In this document: in pieces, positions 1 through 22,137 of the stretch
Layout: every line of letters starts with the position of its first letter
How positions within the stretch are numbered: the stretch's first letter is position 1
Assembly (NCBI RefSeq): GCF_044704955.1
Contig: NC_091980.1
Coordinates: forward strand, 130,324,001-130,388,000
Length of the DNA: 64,000 nucleotides
Source: Pristiophorus japonicus
Taxonomy: Eukaryota
Direction of reading: 5' to 3'
Notes under the pieces: model-generated
Seen by the model: only the letters and a program-made list of their open reading frames with translations
The model's database searches: none
What the model was told of the DNA's origin: nothing
Translations under genes and position numbers: made by a program

Positions 1-3
1 CAG

Positions 4-5863
<5,860 letters not shown>

Positions 5864-6429
5864 TGCTTCTGATCAGTACTCTTGTTTATACAATATGTGT
5901 GAGACTCTGTCCTACATAGAATGATGGCTTTGTACAGGCTGAGACCTGGGCTCTTGCTGTGAAATGTAATCAACTGTAAATAAACTGTTCAATATTGGAC
6001 TGGGTTTTGTCTCCTTGCAATTAGTGGTTGCTTATTTTCCATTTACTGTAACTTGTTTGCAGCACAAGTATTGCACTAGGCTATGCAACAATCATACATT
6101 GGCCTCCTGTGCTGTAACCACTCAGCTGGCTCTCCAAGAGCACTTCAGCTCGTCCTACTCCCTTGCATTTTCCCTGTTGCCCTGCAATGTTTTTCCTTCA
6201 TGTACTTGTTCAATCCTATGATTGAAAATGTCTTCACCACCCTCTCGGACAGTGCAATCCAGATATTAACCACTCATTGCATAAAAGTTTATCCTCACGT
6301 CAGCTGTGGTTCTTCTGCCAATTGTCTTAAATTTGTGTCTGCTGGTTCTCGTCCCTTCTACCAGTGTTAATAGTCCTATAATTTTGCTCGTTGCTGGGGT
6401 AATTTCAATATATTGACAGTTATATTCAT

Positions 6430-8380
6430 AAAAACATAAGAGCAGTCGTTGTCCATTTTGGTTCTGTAAAGACTGCACCACCATTAAATATGATCATAAC
6501 TAATCCTTTACCACCACCATGTTCATGCTTTTACCCCATAGCCCTTGATGCCTTTTGTATCAAGGTATCTTACATCCTTAAATATATTCAGCAATTGGGC
6601 TCCACTGCCTTTTGTAGTCAATAGTTCCCCAGTTTCCCCATCCTGAGTGAAAACATATTTATTATATGTGCGCTAAATTTCCTACAGCATATTCTGAGCC
6701 TGTGACTTTTTATTCTCAACTTCCCAGCAAAGGGCTACTTCCTCCCCACATCCAATCTCTCCAAACCAGTCTGAATTTTATGATTTAATAAGATCCCCTT
6801 TCAATCTTCTGGTGAATACAGGCCTGGTCAAGCTATTCTCTCATCATACGACAATCTTTCCATCCAAGGAATCAGTCTGGTGGAACTTCGCTGCGCTCTT
6901 AAGGAGACCCAAAACTGTGCACAATACACCAGGTGTAGTTTCACCAAGGCCATGTATAATTGTAGTAAGACATTCTTGCTCCTGTACTGTGGAAAAATTG
7001 TAAATATTAAATTTGGTTTCTTCCTCCAAATCTATTAAGAAATGTGATTAGTTGGGGCCCAAGCAGCGATCCCTGTGGTATCCCACTAGTCACAACTCAC
7101 CACCCAGGAAAAGACCTGTTTATTCCGACTGTTTTCTATCAATTAACCAATTTTCAATCCATAGTATATTACCCCCAATCCCATGTGCTTTAATTTTGCA
7201 CACTAACCTCTTGTGGGACTTTATCAAAGGCCTTCTGAAAATCCAAATACACGACATCCACCGGTTCTCCCTTATCTAATCTCAGTTACATCCTCGAAAA
7301 AAACTCCAGTAGGTTTGTCAAACACAATTTTCTTTTCATAAATCCATATTGACTTTGTCTAATCCCGTTGATAGTTTCTAAGTGTCCCTTTTTCACATTC
7401 TACTAATGTTAGGCTAACCGGGCTGCAGTTACCTGTTTTCTTTCTCCTTCCTTTTTAAAATAGTGGGGTTACATTTGCCACTCTCCATTCTGCAGCAACT
7501 GTTCCATAATCTGTAGAAATTTGGACGATGATAACCAATGCAACCACTATTTCCATGGCTACCACTTTTATTCCTCTGGGATGCAGATTATCAGGCCCTG
7601 GGGATTTATCAGCTTTCAGTCCCATTAGTTTCTCCAGCACTATTTTCTGACTAATAATCATTACCTTTAATTTCTCTTGCTCACGAGATCCTTAGTTCCC
7701 TAGCATTTCTGTGATGTTATTTGTGTCCTCTTCTGTAAAGACAGAACCAAAGTATTTAATTGTTCTGCCATTTCCTTGTTCCCCATTATAAATTATCCCA
7801 TTTGTGACTGAAAAGGACCTACATTTGTCTTCACTAATCTTTTTCTTTTTACAGACTGGGAGAAACTTTTACAGTCGGTTTTTATGATCCTTGCAAGTTT
7901 AGTCTCACTATTTTCCTCCTCTTAAACAATCTCTTGGTCCTTTTTTGCTGAATACTAAATTGCTCCCAATCCTCAGGAGTGCTACTTGTTCTGGCAACTT
8001 TGTATGACTCCTCTTTGGATCTAATACTATCCTTATATTCTTGTGTAAACCATGGTTGGGCCACTTTTCCTTTTGTGTTTTTGCAGCAGAAAGGAATGTA
8101 TAATTGTTGCAATTCATGCACTCGTTACTTAAATGTTAGCCATTGACTATCCACCATCATGCCTTTGAATGACTCTTCCCAATCTATCATAGCCATTCCT
8201 CATACCTTCACAGTTTCCTCTGTTTAGATTTAGGACCTAGTTTTGGATTGGACAACTTCACTTTCAATCTTCATAAAGAATTCAATTATGTTATGATCAT
8301 TCTTCCCTAAAGGACCCCGCACAAAAAGACTATTAATTAACCCCTTCTCATTGTACAATACCCAATCTACGATAGGTATT
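6430..8380 (-). mobile_element. Degraded CR1-type LINE (ends approximate)
   Basis: ORF2 remnants such as KLMGLKADKSPGPDNLHPR...WRVANVTPLF; multiple stops; paralog at about 37050-39010. Confidence 0.85.
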
Positions 8381-8417
8381 CAGACATGTTGAAGATCTAA
8401 TTTCAATTGTACGTATA

Positions 8418-8622
8418 TGTAACGACTCAAAAATCTGGTTCCTGTAAACTCACTCAGGTGCAACATCATCCATCTTTATTCCAGCCCAAGAGTGCCAGTG
8501 TGACAAAGACACCCAGCTTATATACAGGTGATCAAGCACACATGCCACGTGTGTCCAGCCCGATGATCTCCGACCGCGGCGCCCTCTGGTGTCTTGTGAC
8601 TCCCAAGCATTAAGGCATAAGA
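8418..8622 (-). mobile_element. Solo LTR, about 205 bp
   Basis: Starts TGT and is flanked by 5-bp TSD GTATA (8413-8417, 8623-8627). TATATAA and AATAAA are on the - strand. Right end reads GA rather than CA. Paralog at 39049-39245 has the same TSD. Confidence 0.7.
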
Positions 8623-8975
8623 GTATATCTTGCAAATTCTATTCATGCATTTCAATCTAGCTTTGCAACGCTGTAATACAACAAGTGAAAATGTTCACGT
8701 TTGTTCAGCCACATAAGGCAGTGAGACCACAGGTACATTTTAGTGTCTTAAAGGAGGCAGAGAGGTTTACATAATAACATGCTATGCCATTTGGCACCTC
8801 GAGCCTGTTCCGCCATTCAGTAAAATCATGACTGGTCTGATCTTGGTCTCAATACTTTCCTGCCTGTTCCCCATAACCCTTGACTCCGCTATTGTTCAAA
8901 AATCTATCTATCTCCACCTTAAATGTATTCAATGACCCTGCCTCCACACACGCGCACACACACACAGACACACAA

Positions 8976-9226
8976 AGTACTGAGTGAATGCCGCACTGTC
9001 AGAGGGGCAGTACTGAGGGAGTGCCGCACTGTCAGAGGGGCAGTACTGAGGGAGTGCCGCACTGTCAGAAGGGCAGGACTGAGGGAGCGCCGCACTGTCA
9101 GAGGGGCAGGACTGAGGGAGCGCCGCACTGTCAGAGGGACAATACTCACAGGATTCTGCACTATCGGAGGGGCAGCACTAAGGGATTGCCACACTGTCTG
9201 AAGGGCAGTACTGAGGGATTGTTGTA
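8976..9226. repeat. 33-bp minisatellite (AGTACTGAGGGAGTGCCGCACTGTCAGAGGGGC), 7 copies plus a partial, after a (CA)n tract
   Basis: Units counted directly at 33-bp spacing from 8976. Confidence 0.9.
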
Positions 9227-9479
9227 CAGACTCATGTTTGATTCAGGTGGGTCAACTGTGCTCATTGGTGGCATCTCCCCCGAAAGGGTAGTGCCTGTGG
9301 TGTGATTGGTGGCTCTGGATCTGAATCACTGCCGCACTCTCTGCCTCATCTAAAGCAGAGTTTTAATCCAAGGGAACACCTCTCATCAGCTCATCCAGGA
9401 CTGAACCACTTCTGCACTGAAATCAGACGTCACGGCTTTGGATCTCTGGGATACACCAGCATGAAAGGTCAATGACCAG

Positions 9480-10290
9480 AGGGGAGAGATGAGGACGATT
9501 ATTTTAACATAGGGAGTTGTTGTGATCCGGAACGCACTGCCTGAAAGGGTGGTGGAATCAGATTCAACAGTAACTTTGAAGAGGGAATTGCATATACACT
9601 TGACAAAAGTTGCAGGGCTCTGGGGAAGGAGCTGAGGAGTGGGACGAATTGGATCGCTCTTACAAAGTGCCTGCACAGGCACGATGGGCCGAATGGCCTC
9701 TTTCTGTGCTGATAGAATCGATGATGAGCCAGACAGTTAGAGCATATCTGAGCCTCATCATTTCAATCAGATTTAAATATTCATCATTTCAATCAGATTT
9801 AAATATTCTTTCGAGTCACTGAAAACCGACTGTAAAAGGACTCGTCTAACACATCAAATTGAGGGGCAGGAAAAGACCAGCTGGTCCATCAAGCCTGCCC
9901 CAAAACATGCCGGAGCAAATCATAGAATGATAGAATGGGTACAGCACAGAGGGAGGCCATTCGGCCTGTCGAGCACGTGCCGGCTCTCTTCGAGAGCACT
10001 TCAGCTAGTCCCACTCCCCCGCCCTTCCCCTGCAACCCTGCTATTAATTTTTCCTTCAGGTACTTATCCAATTCTCTTTTGAAAGCCACGATTGAGTCTA
10101 CCTCCACCACCCTCTCGGGCATTGCATTCCAGATCCCAACCATTCGCTGTGGAAACATGTTGACTTTGGTTCTTTTGCCAGTCACTTTAAATCTGTGTCC
10201 TCTGGTTCTCGACCCTTCTGCCAATGGGAACAGTTCCTGTCTATCGATTCTGTCCAGACACCTCATGATTTTGAATCCCTCTATCAAATG
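9480..10290. mobile_element. Two oppositely oriented CR1 3'-end/SINE fragments (about 9480-9720 on +, about 9920-10290 on -)
   Basis: Typical CR1 3'-end peptide TRGHRFK...RVVGIWNAMPERVV and a CATAGAAT tail. Also present at about 39985-40795. Confidence 0.65.
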
Positions 10291-10754
10291 GAGATGTGGG
10301 TGACAATGTGTTCAGTAATGTTCACTCCCTCTCATTCTCACTCAATATATTGAATTTTACCAGACATCATTCCATGAGAATAAAAATGAAAGATTGTTGA
10401 TGCCCCCATGTAGCCAATCCTCAGACACATGCCCATTCTCTGTATTCGAACTGGGGGCAGTTCACACCACCCACAGGATGGAATTCCCATTCCACTGGCC
10501 AATGCTTGGTTTGTAAATGCACCAAGACGACTTGATTGCTTTGAATATTGTCTCAGTGCCACAGAAACTTGCAAGTAACAAACTTCGCCAGATTATGAAA
10601 AACCCCTTTGGCGAAAGTAGAAAATTATAATTTCATTCAAGTGAGAGCGTTAAACAACGGCACACTTTTAGATTTGAAGACGTTCAAGGAACCCAAAGGC
10701 AGTGACATCACCAAGACTGATCTCCCCCAGACCCCTCCTACAAATCCCCTCTCC

Positions 10755-10870
10755 TTTGTTAATTGGTGCCTCAATTCAGGGAAGATTCCTGATTGGCTCT
10801 GAGGGATTGTCAATCATCATTGGTGATGTCATACCCTGTTTGAATGCAGCTGTTCCAATAGTATAAATAC
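10755..10870 (+). promoter_or_regulatory. Ferritin B1 promoter: inverted CCAAT boxes and TATA
   Basis: ATTGG at about 10762 and 10792; TATAAA at 10862-10867, 76 bp before the ATG. Same layout upstream of the other copies. Confidence 0.7.
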
Positions 10871-10937
10871 AGGAGCTTGCACAAGACAGTGTGAGTTTCA
10901 GAACTGTGTAGGTGATAGTGAAATATAGATAGTGAAG

Positions 10938-13531
<2,594 letters not shown>

Positions 13532-15294
13532 ACTGACTGGGATCAAGCTTATTGTGTTTAGTACTTGCATTTATATAATCAGGCCCATATACTGTAGGGA
13601 ATGAAGGCTTGTGACTTTGTGCAAAAAGAGCTGAAACCCACAACAGTAAATAAACTGTTCAACATTGGGCTGTGTTTTGTCACCTTGTAAATTTGAGTGG
13701 TTACTTATTTTTCATTTAACATAACTTGATTTCCATCAAACAAGAATTACACTGACCTGTGCAACATTTATATGGGATTCAGTCCTATGAAATGTGTTTT
13801 CCCCTTGTGTAATGTCTATGTATTGACTGGGCCATTCAGGCACCTGTTATAAGATCTAAAATGTTCAATGGTGTGTTTGGACAACTGACAGTCCCATGGG
13901 ATATTGGCCCAGTGACCAAAAGTCTGGTCAGAGGTATGTATTGAGAAGGTAGAGATGTTTAGGAAGGCATGTCTAGAGCTTGGGACTGATAAGCTGTATG
14001 CAATGCTCTGCCTTTGTACAAATGACAATTCAATCCAACAAGATGTAACATCTGCTTAACTCAGGGCCAATTTGCCAGTAATTCATTGTTGCACCATTTC
14101 AGTCCAATGAAGGAAAAAGTCCTGGATTAGCTTCCTATTTAGTCTATCTGCCTCGTGAACGAACAGCAGTTTGTATTCACTAGCTGCAACAGATCCTCTT
14201 CAGTTATGCAGGTCGTTCAGTAATGGGACTCACCACTGCTGCTTTAGGCTTGCTGTTAAGCTTTGTAGGCAGAAAAGCAATATCTCAGCACACTGAACTC
14301 TGGGCACTAGAATTGGGTGAGGAGGGAAAGCAACAGCTGTCATCAGCTTGCTGTCATAGCTTCAGTGCTTCGTGTGGATACCCAAGTCGTTCTTGGACAG
14401 CTTCTCTTCCGTCTGCTCCCCTAATGGTTGAATAACTTGCCAACACAACCTCCATTCAAACATGAATAAGGTATTGCAAGACTAACGATACTCCAACAAC
14501 ATTTAATACTTGGGGAAGGTGTAAATGTATTTAATTCCATAAAGCAAAAGGAACAAGATGTTAAACCCATTTCTGGCCACAATGCAGAAGTACTCAATTT
14601 ATAAGCCCATCAATTTTTTATTTTTTTTGTTAGTAATGAAATTCACAGTGGTACTATCACCCTGGATTAGATCTCCATTTCTCTCCTCCGTGGCTATGAA
14701 TAGATACAAATGGTATTGCTGCAGCTCCAATAATCCAGTATTTACTCGTTATTTTTAGTAATTTAACTGTGTTGAGTGCAATTAAATAGCCATGTACAGA
14801 CATTCCAGGTTAATGTCTTGGCAACACTCCAGCGCCTTTTGGCTATCGATGTTACAAAATGTCATATATTGATGAGCCACAGTTCCACGAGTCGGCCTGG
14901 GTTTGCGTGCTGATGAGTTTGATAGCTTCATGTATCAACAAATCTCCAGCTCACTCGATGTGAAACTTTACAGGTGCTCGTGTTTTAAGAATTACTTACA
15001 ATTTACAGCACAGGAAAAAGACCATTTGGGCCAACTGGGCCATGCTGTGGTTTATGTTCCATGTGAAACTTGTCCCACCCTACTTCATCTAGACCTATTA
15101 GCATATCCTTCTATTCCTTTCTCCTTGTGTTTATCAAGCTTTCCCTTAAATGCATCTATGCTCTTTGCATTCAGAGTTATTACTGCGGGTAGCTCAGTAA
15201 ACGCACCGCTGCTGCTGTGGATTTTCTGTTAAGCTGTGTGGGTAAAGAAGTGAGTAACAGCTATAAAGATCCGCAATGTTTGAGCTCGAGGACA

Positions 15295-17650
15295 GCATTT
15301 ATTGTCCGTCACTAATTGCCTTTGAGAAGGTGCTGGTCAGCCATCTTCTGGAACCGCTGCAGTCTTGTGGTGAAGGTACTCCAACAGTGCTTTTAGGGAG
15401 GGTTTTCCTGGATTTTGCCGCAGTGACGAAAAAGGAATGGTGATATATTTCCAAGTCAGGTTGGTGTGTAACGTGGAGGTGAACTTGCAGGCAGTAGTAT
15501 TCCCAAACTTCTGCTGCCCTTGTCCTGCTAATTGCTAGAGCTCGTGGGATGGCTTGTGCTGCTGAAAAAGCCTTGGCGAGTTGCTGCAGTGCATCTTGTC
15601 GATGGTACACACTGCAGCCATGGTGCACCGATGGTGGAAGCAGTGAATGTGGAAGGTGGTGGATGGGGTGCCAATCAAGCGGCCTGCTTTGTCCTGGATG
15701 GTGTCGAGCTTCTTGATGATTGCTGAAGCTGCACTCAGCCAGTCAAGTGGAGAGTATTCCACCACACTCCTGACTTGTGCCTTGTCGATGCTGGAAAGAC
15801 GTTAGGTGTCAGGAGGTGAGACACTCACCGCAAAATACCAAGCCTCTGGCCTGTTCTTATTACCAGACTTTTTATGCGGCTGGGCGGGTTCAGTTTCTGA
15901 TCAGCGATGACCCCCAGGGGTTAATGCTGGGGAATTCAGCGGCAGTGAATGTTAAGGGCAGGTGGTTAGACTCTCGCTTTTTGCAGATAGCCATTGCCTG
16001 GCACTTGTGTGGAGCCATTGTTACTTGCCCATTATCAGCCCCACACTGAATGTCATCCAGGTCTTGCTGCATGTGGGCATGGACTGCTTCATTTTCTGAT
16101 GTCTTGCAAATGGAACAGAACACTGTGTAATCATCAGCAAACATTCCCACTTCTGGCCTTTATGATGGAGGGAAGTTCATTGATGAAGCAGCTTAAGATA
16201 GTTGGGCCAAGGACACTGTCCTGAGGTATTCCTGCAGAGATGTCCTGGGGCTGAGATGATTGACCTCCAACAACCACTTCCTTTGTGCTAGATATGAGTC
16301 CAGCTCATCGAGAGTTTTCGATATTCACATCGACTTCCATTTTGCAAGGGCTACTTGATGCCGCACTCCATCAGATGCTGCCTTGCTGTGAAAGGTAGTC
16401 ACTCTCACCTCACCTGCAATTCAGCTCCTTTGTACATGTTTGGACCAAGGCTGCAACGAGATCAGGAGCTGAGTGGTCCTGGCACAACCCAAACTGGGCA
16501 TCGGTGAGCAGATTATTGTCGACAAAATCTTTCCTCACTTTGCTGATGATTGAGTGTAGACTGATGGGGTGGTAATTGGCCTGAATGGATTTGTCCTGCT
16601 TTTTCTGGAGAGGACGTACCAGAGCAGTTTTTCACATTGTTGGGTAGATGCCAGTGTCTCTGTACTGGAACAGCTTGGCTAGAGGTGTGGCCATGAATTT
16701 ACAGATTGTGGTGCAATACAATTCTGCAGTTGCTGATGACCCACAGTGCCTCATAGATGCCCAGTTTTGAGCTGCGAGATCTGTTTTGAATCTATTCCAT
16801 TTAACACTGTGGTCAAGCCACTCACCACGAAGGAGGGTGTCCTCAGTGTGAAGACAAGACTTTGTCTCCACAAGGACTGTATGGTGGTCACTGCTACCAA
16901 TGCTGTCATGGACAGATGAATCTGTGACAGGTAGATTGCTGTGGACAAGATCAGTAGGTTTTTCCCTTGTGTTGATTCTCTCACCATCTGTCGGAAGCCC
17001 AATCTGGATGCTATGTCCTTCCGGACTCAGCCCGCTTGCTCAGTGCTACCGAGCCCCTCTTGCTGATGGACATTGAAGCCGATTGCTATATCAGTGCTTC
17101 TTCCAAGTGGCCTTCAAAATGGAGGTGTACTGATTCATCAGCTGAGCGCGGGTGGTAGGTGGTAATCAGCAGGAGTTTCCGTGTCCAAGCTTGACCTAAA
17201 CCCATGAGACTTGATAGGGTCCAGATTAAATGTTCAGGACTCCTACCGCTACTCCCTCCCGACTGTATACCACTGAGCCGCCACTTCTGGTGTGTCTGCC
17301 CTTCTGGTGGGACAGGACATACGCAGGGATGGTGAAGGAGGAATCTGGGACATTGGCTGAAAGGTATGATTCTGTGATTATGACTATGTCAGCTGTTGCT
17401 TGACTAACCTGTGAGACAGCTCTCCCCATTTAGGCACAAGATACCAGATGTTAGTGAGGAGGACTTTGCAGGGTCGACTGGGCTGGTTGTACCATTGTCA
17501 TGTCAGAAGCCGGTGCCGAGGTCAATGCCGGGTTGTCCATCCTGTTTTATTCTAATTAATGTTTCTCGTAGCGGTTTGTTACAACTGATCGGCTTGCTTG
17601 GCCATTTCAGAGGGCAGTTAAGACTCAACCACATTGCTTTGGGTTTGGAG
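15295..17650 (-). mobile_element. Degraded non-LTR retrotransposon (CR1/L2-group LINE)
   Basis: RT motif GMFADD (15890-16150) and endonuclease remnant DIVIITESYL (17226-17429). The paralog at about 47045-58130 is split by the ERV. Confidence 0.75.
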
Positions 17651-18112
17651 TCATATCGGCCAGATTTCCTTCCCGAAGGACATTACTGAAGCAGATTGGT
17701 TTTTATGACAATCCGATAGCTCCCTGGGCAACATTACTGATACTAGCTTTTTATTCCAGATTTTAATTTAATTAACTGAATTTCAATTCCCCAGCTGCCG
17801 TGTTGGGACTTTGGATCATTAGTCCAGGCCTCTGAATTACTCGTCCAGTAACATAACCACGATGTTACCGCACTCTTTGCATCTCTCAATGGCACTTTTG
17901 GAGTATAGATGTCACCACAATTCATACATTGATGAGTCACAATTCTACAAGTCATGTTGGGTTTTGCGTGCTGATGAGTTTCATGGCTTCATGTTTCAGA
18001 TAAAACAAATTCTTCAGCTCACTCGATGTGAAAAACTTTACAGATGTCCTTGTTTTAAGAATTACATAGAATTTACAGCACAGAAAAAGGCCATTCAGCC
18101 TGGCAAATTACA

Positions 18113-18243
18113 GTGGTGAGCGGTCCTTCTTGAACGTAAAATGTATCTAGGATGAGGTGAGGAAACGAATGAGACAAGATCGATTTAATAGTCTTTCAAT
18201 CATGAGCATGGAGAGCGAAGTACTGAGAGGACTTGACTTCACA
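18113..18243 (+). mobile_element. hAT transposase C-terminal dimerisation-domain fragment
   Basis: Reads GERSF...RMRQDRFNSLSIMSMESEVLRGLDF, resembling the hATC ERxFS...RL..L motif. Paralog at about 58600-58725. Confidence 0.55.
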
Positions 18244-18549
18244 CACTGAGCCTCCTCCCAACTTCATTTAACCCTATCAGCATATCCTGCCAATCCTTCC
18301 GCCCTCATGTGTTTATCCAGCTTCACCTTAAACGCGTCTATGCTTTTTGTCTCAACTATTCCTTTTGATAGCGAGTTAAACATTCTGAACACTCTCTGAG
18401 TAAAGAAGTTTCTTTGAAGTCTCTCTTAGATTATTAATTATAACTTTCTATATAATTCTACGGAGATCAGAACTTTGCACCATACTCCAAGTGTTGTCTA
18501 GCCAATGTTCGATATAAACTTAACATGCTGCACAGGGATGTGGTTCAGT

Positions 18550-19999
18550 TCACCTCAACCGTGTTCTCCCTGTGGCCGAGGAGCTCCGTCCGGAGTCACA
18601 GTGCGTATTTCGTCCCCTACGGGTAACAACGGACATGATCTTTGCAGCACGCCAATTGCAGGAAAAATGCAGGGAGCAGCGCATTTATACATGGCATTTT
18701 TCGATCTTATAAAGGCCTTTGAGACTGTCGACCGTGAGGGTTTATGGAGCGTCCTCCCTCCATTTTGGATACCCCCAAAAGTTTACCAACATCCTTCGCC
18801 TGCTCCACGTCGACATGCGGGGTCAAACAGGGCTGCTTCATCGCTCCAACGCTTTTCTCAATCTTCCTCGCTGCCAACTCCACCTTACTGTCAACAAGCT
18901 TCCTGCTGGAGTGGAACTAAACTACAGAATCAGTGGGAAGCAGTTTAACCTATGCCCTCTCCAGACCAGGTCCAAGACCACCCAAACCTCTGTCGTTGAA
19001 CTGCAGTATGCGGACGACGCCTGCGTCTGCGCACATTCTAAGGCTGAACTCCTGGATTTAGTCGATGTAGTCACTGAGGCATATGAAATCATGGGCCTTG
19101 CACTTAACATCCATAAGGGAAAGTGCCTCCATCAGCCTGTCTTCGCCGCACAGCACGGCCCCCCAGACATCAAGATTCACTGCGTGGCTCTCGACAATGT
19201 GGACCACTTCCTATACCGTGGGTGCCTCCTGTCAACAAAGGCAGACATCGATGCGGAGATTCAATATCGCCTCCAGTGCGCCAGTGCAGCCTTCGGCTGC
19301 CTGAGGAAAGGAGTGTTCGAAGACCAGGCCCTCAAACCTACCACCAAGCTCCCGCTCTACAGGACTATAGTAATACACACCCTACTGTATGGATCAGAGG
19401 CATGGACGACTTGCAGAAGGCACATCTAGTTGCTGGAGATATATCACCAAAGATGCCTCCCTAAGATCCTGTAAATTCCCTGGGAGGACAGATGCACCAA
19501 CATCAGTGTCCTCACGCAGGCTAACATCCCCAGCATTGAAGCACTAACCACATGTGATCAGCTTTGCTGGGCAGGCCACTTAGTCCACATGCCAGACATG
19601 AGACTCTCTAAGCAACTGCTCTATGCGGAACTCCTTTATGGCAAACGAGCCAAAGTTAAGCAGCGGAAACGTTACAAGGACACCCTCAAAACCTCTCTGA
19701 TGAAGTGCGACAGCACCACTGATGCCTGGGAGACCCTGGCCGAAGACCATCCTAGTTGGAAAAAGTGTATCCGGGAGGGCGTTGAGCTCTTCGAATCTCA
19801 ACGCTGCGAGCATGAAGAGGTCAGGCAGTGGAAGGAAGGTGTGGTAAATCAGTGACACCCACCCCCTTCCCCCGACGAATATCTGTCCCATCTGTGACAG
19901 GGTCTGTGGCTTTCATGTTGGACTGTTCAGCCGCCAACGAACTCACTTTAGGAGTGAAAGCAAGTCTTCCTCGATGCTGAGTGACTGCCTATGATGATG
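18550..19999 (+). mobile_element. 5'-truncated degraded RTE-clade LINE
   Basis: AFFDLIKAFETVDREGLW, LQYADD, RLSKQLLYAEL..GKR..QRKRYKDTLK, C-terminal C2H2-like motif, (ATG)n tail. Confidence 0.85.
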
Positions 20000-20069
20000 G
20001 GTTCAGCTGCAGGTATTCCTCGCACTGAGCTCAGAACTGCGCCAATGGTTAACACTCATCTGTGCCTTT

Positions 20070-20450
20070 TTATCTCTAGAATTGACTATTTCAATGCTCT
20101 CCTGCTGGCCTTACATGCTCCATAAACTTAAGCTTATCCAAAACTCTGCTGCCCGTATCCTAACACACACCTAGTCCCACTCACCCATGACCCCTGTGCT
20201 TGTGGACCATCATTGGCTCCCGGTCTGACAGTGCCTCAAATTCAAGATTCTTATCCTTGTATTAAAATCCCACCATGGCCCTTCCCTCACCTCTTTTCAC
20301 AGCACATTAATAATATCGGTGCTGTTTCCTGCTCTCACAATAAACTGGAACATTTAATTCACTATGTTCCCAATTTCCACCCTTCACTCACCTTCACATG
20401 GTCAATTTCTGTCACTTCACTTCCCTTTCTCGACTTCTCTGTCTATCGTC
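20070..20450 (+). mobile_element. Adjacent L2-like (about 20070-20290) and Penelope-like (about 20300-20450) fragments
   Basis: SRIDYFNALL...LIQNSAARIL is L2-like; NFHPSLTFTWSISVTSLPFLD is Penelope RT-like. Repeated at about 60595-60970. Confidence 0.55.
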
Positions 20451-21019
20451 TCAGTCTATCAGACAAATATCCAATGAGTTGTTTGGATGTTGCTTCAAAC
20501 CCGCAGATACCTGCAAATGATCAACCCACTGAACAATCCAGAACTATTTAAAAGACACTGACTCGCAAACAACAGAGCATTCAATGAATCATTCAAGGTG
20601 GCCATTAACTGGTCCAGGCAGAGCACGGTCGATGGGGTGTTCTCTCTGTCTGCCTGCCTCTCTTCTGCAGCTATATCCGTGCCCGGGTATCCCTGGATTG
20701 GGAGCACGCGGTGTCTGCCGGTATGCTTGAGGCTTTCCGTCATCGGAGGGCACCAGAGGGAGGGGAGCGCAGCGTGGATACAGGGAAATATTGTAAAATT
20801 TTTAAAGTTTTTATGTTAGTTTTGTCATAATGTGGGTCTGAAAGTTTATTCCCCCTTATAAAGGGAGCAGTTATGGTTTAAGTGTTTCCGATAGCTGAAT
20901 TCAACATTCCAATTAATTAGCCCAAAGAATAGAGAATCCAATTAAACCTGTGACTCTGGATATTTGAACTGTGTTTGAGGAAAGCTAGGACAATTGAGAC
21001 CCTCATTGAGTTGTCAGCC

Positions 21020-21182
21020 AATGATGCTCATTCTTCAAAGATCTGACTGGCTCTGGGAGTCCATCTCCCTCCTTCCTTTACTTGATTGGTGCTCTGAGAA
21101 GATGCAACTTCTGATTGGGTATTGATGACTGTCACTCATCATCAAGAATGCCACACCCTGGATTATCCCTCAGTATAAATAT
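21020..21182 (+). promoter_or_regulatory. Ferritin A2 promoter
   Basis: CCAAT/ATTGG boxes and TATAAA at 21174-21179. The paralog has TATAAA at 61682-61687. Confidence 0.65.
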
Positions 21183-22137
21183 AGGTGTTTGAGATTGACA
21201 AAATGTTACCTTTGCACTTCTACAAAGTTTTTACTTTGGAAAAATAAAATATTAAGATGGCTTCTCAAGTGCGTCAGAATTACCACCAGGACTGTGAGGA
21301 TGCTGTCAACAAGCAGATCAACATGGAGCTTTCTTTCTCCTATGTTTATCTCTCTATGGTGAGTTTTGTGTTTTTTGCCACTTTCCAATGGAGACTATGT
21401 AATGTGAATTTATGAAATCCTGTGCTGGACACAGCTCACCTCTTGCTCTGTTTCTGTCCACCCCGTCCTGAATCTATGCTGTGAATTCACTTTTAAAGCT
21501 ATAATATGATACAATTTATCTTTATCTTTATTTGTTAACAAATTCTCTCTGTTCCTTGTATCATCTGATTATCTTGATTCTTTCTTTTTCCTGGAATCTT
21601 GAGCTTGATTAAGTTTATTTGGAATACATTCTGCACACAATGCAAGGAGTTCAGAATTAGTATCCTCATTCTAAATCACTGTATGGATTGTCCTTACCTT
21701 GCTGGTTCAATGGGTGGTGTCATAAAAATAAATCTAGGCCATTTAGGAGGGAAGTCAGGAAGTATTCTTTCCTGCCAGTGTGGTGAAAATCTGAAACACT
21801 TTCTTTCCCAGCCATCCCTCACCTCCACAGGGGGAGGATGGGAGGAAAGTGTTACAAATGTTTCTGCTTCCCTCCTGTTCCTAGTGTTTCTAACCTCCTT
21901 AATTTTAAGTACCAGATTGTATCCTTTCTTTCCTCTAACTTTTAGCACAAATAAAGCAAAAAGTTCATCACTTGTCTACAATGGACTCTTCCTTAACCCC
22001 TGTGATCTTCACCAAGCACCTCAAATTCTGAGGGGTTTTCATAACACTTTTTTTCTGTGGTCTCTGCTTCTCCGCTACTGTGCCAAATTAATGCTGCTTG
22101 TGGTAGTTTTAGTTCCTTGACATGATTGTAGCCAGTA

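Noticed and set aside
8976-9226. 33-bp repeats as a CRISPR array or a coding repeat (ORFs 8919-9305)
   Set aside because: Head-to-tail units without unique spacers in a eukaryotic context; ORFs stay open only because 33 is divisible by 3.
9755-9806. Perfect 26-bp tandem duplication TCATCATTTCAATCAGATTTAAATAT (also about 40260-40311)
   Set aside because: A simple slippage duplication that predates the module duplication; no evidence of function.
10878-10900. CAGTGT hexamer upstream of B1 as an IRE loop
   Set aside because: The flanks (CAAGA / GAGTT) do not pair, it overlaps the expected start site, and the B2 paralog reads TAGAGT.
21599-22120. 173-aa intronic ORF in A2 intron 1
   Set aside because: The frame is not preserved in the A3 paralog (62039-62542) and it lacks an ATG start.
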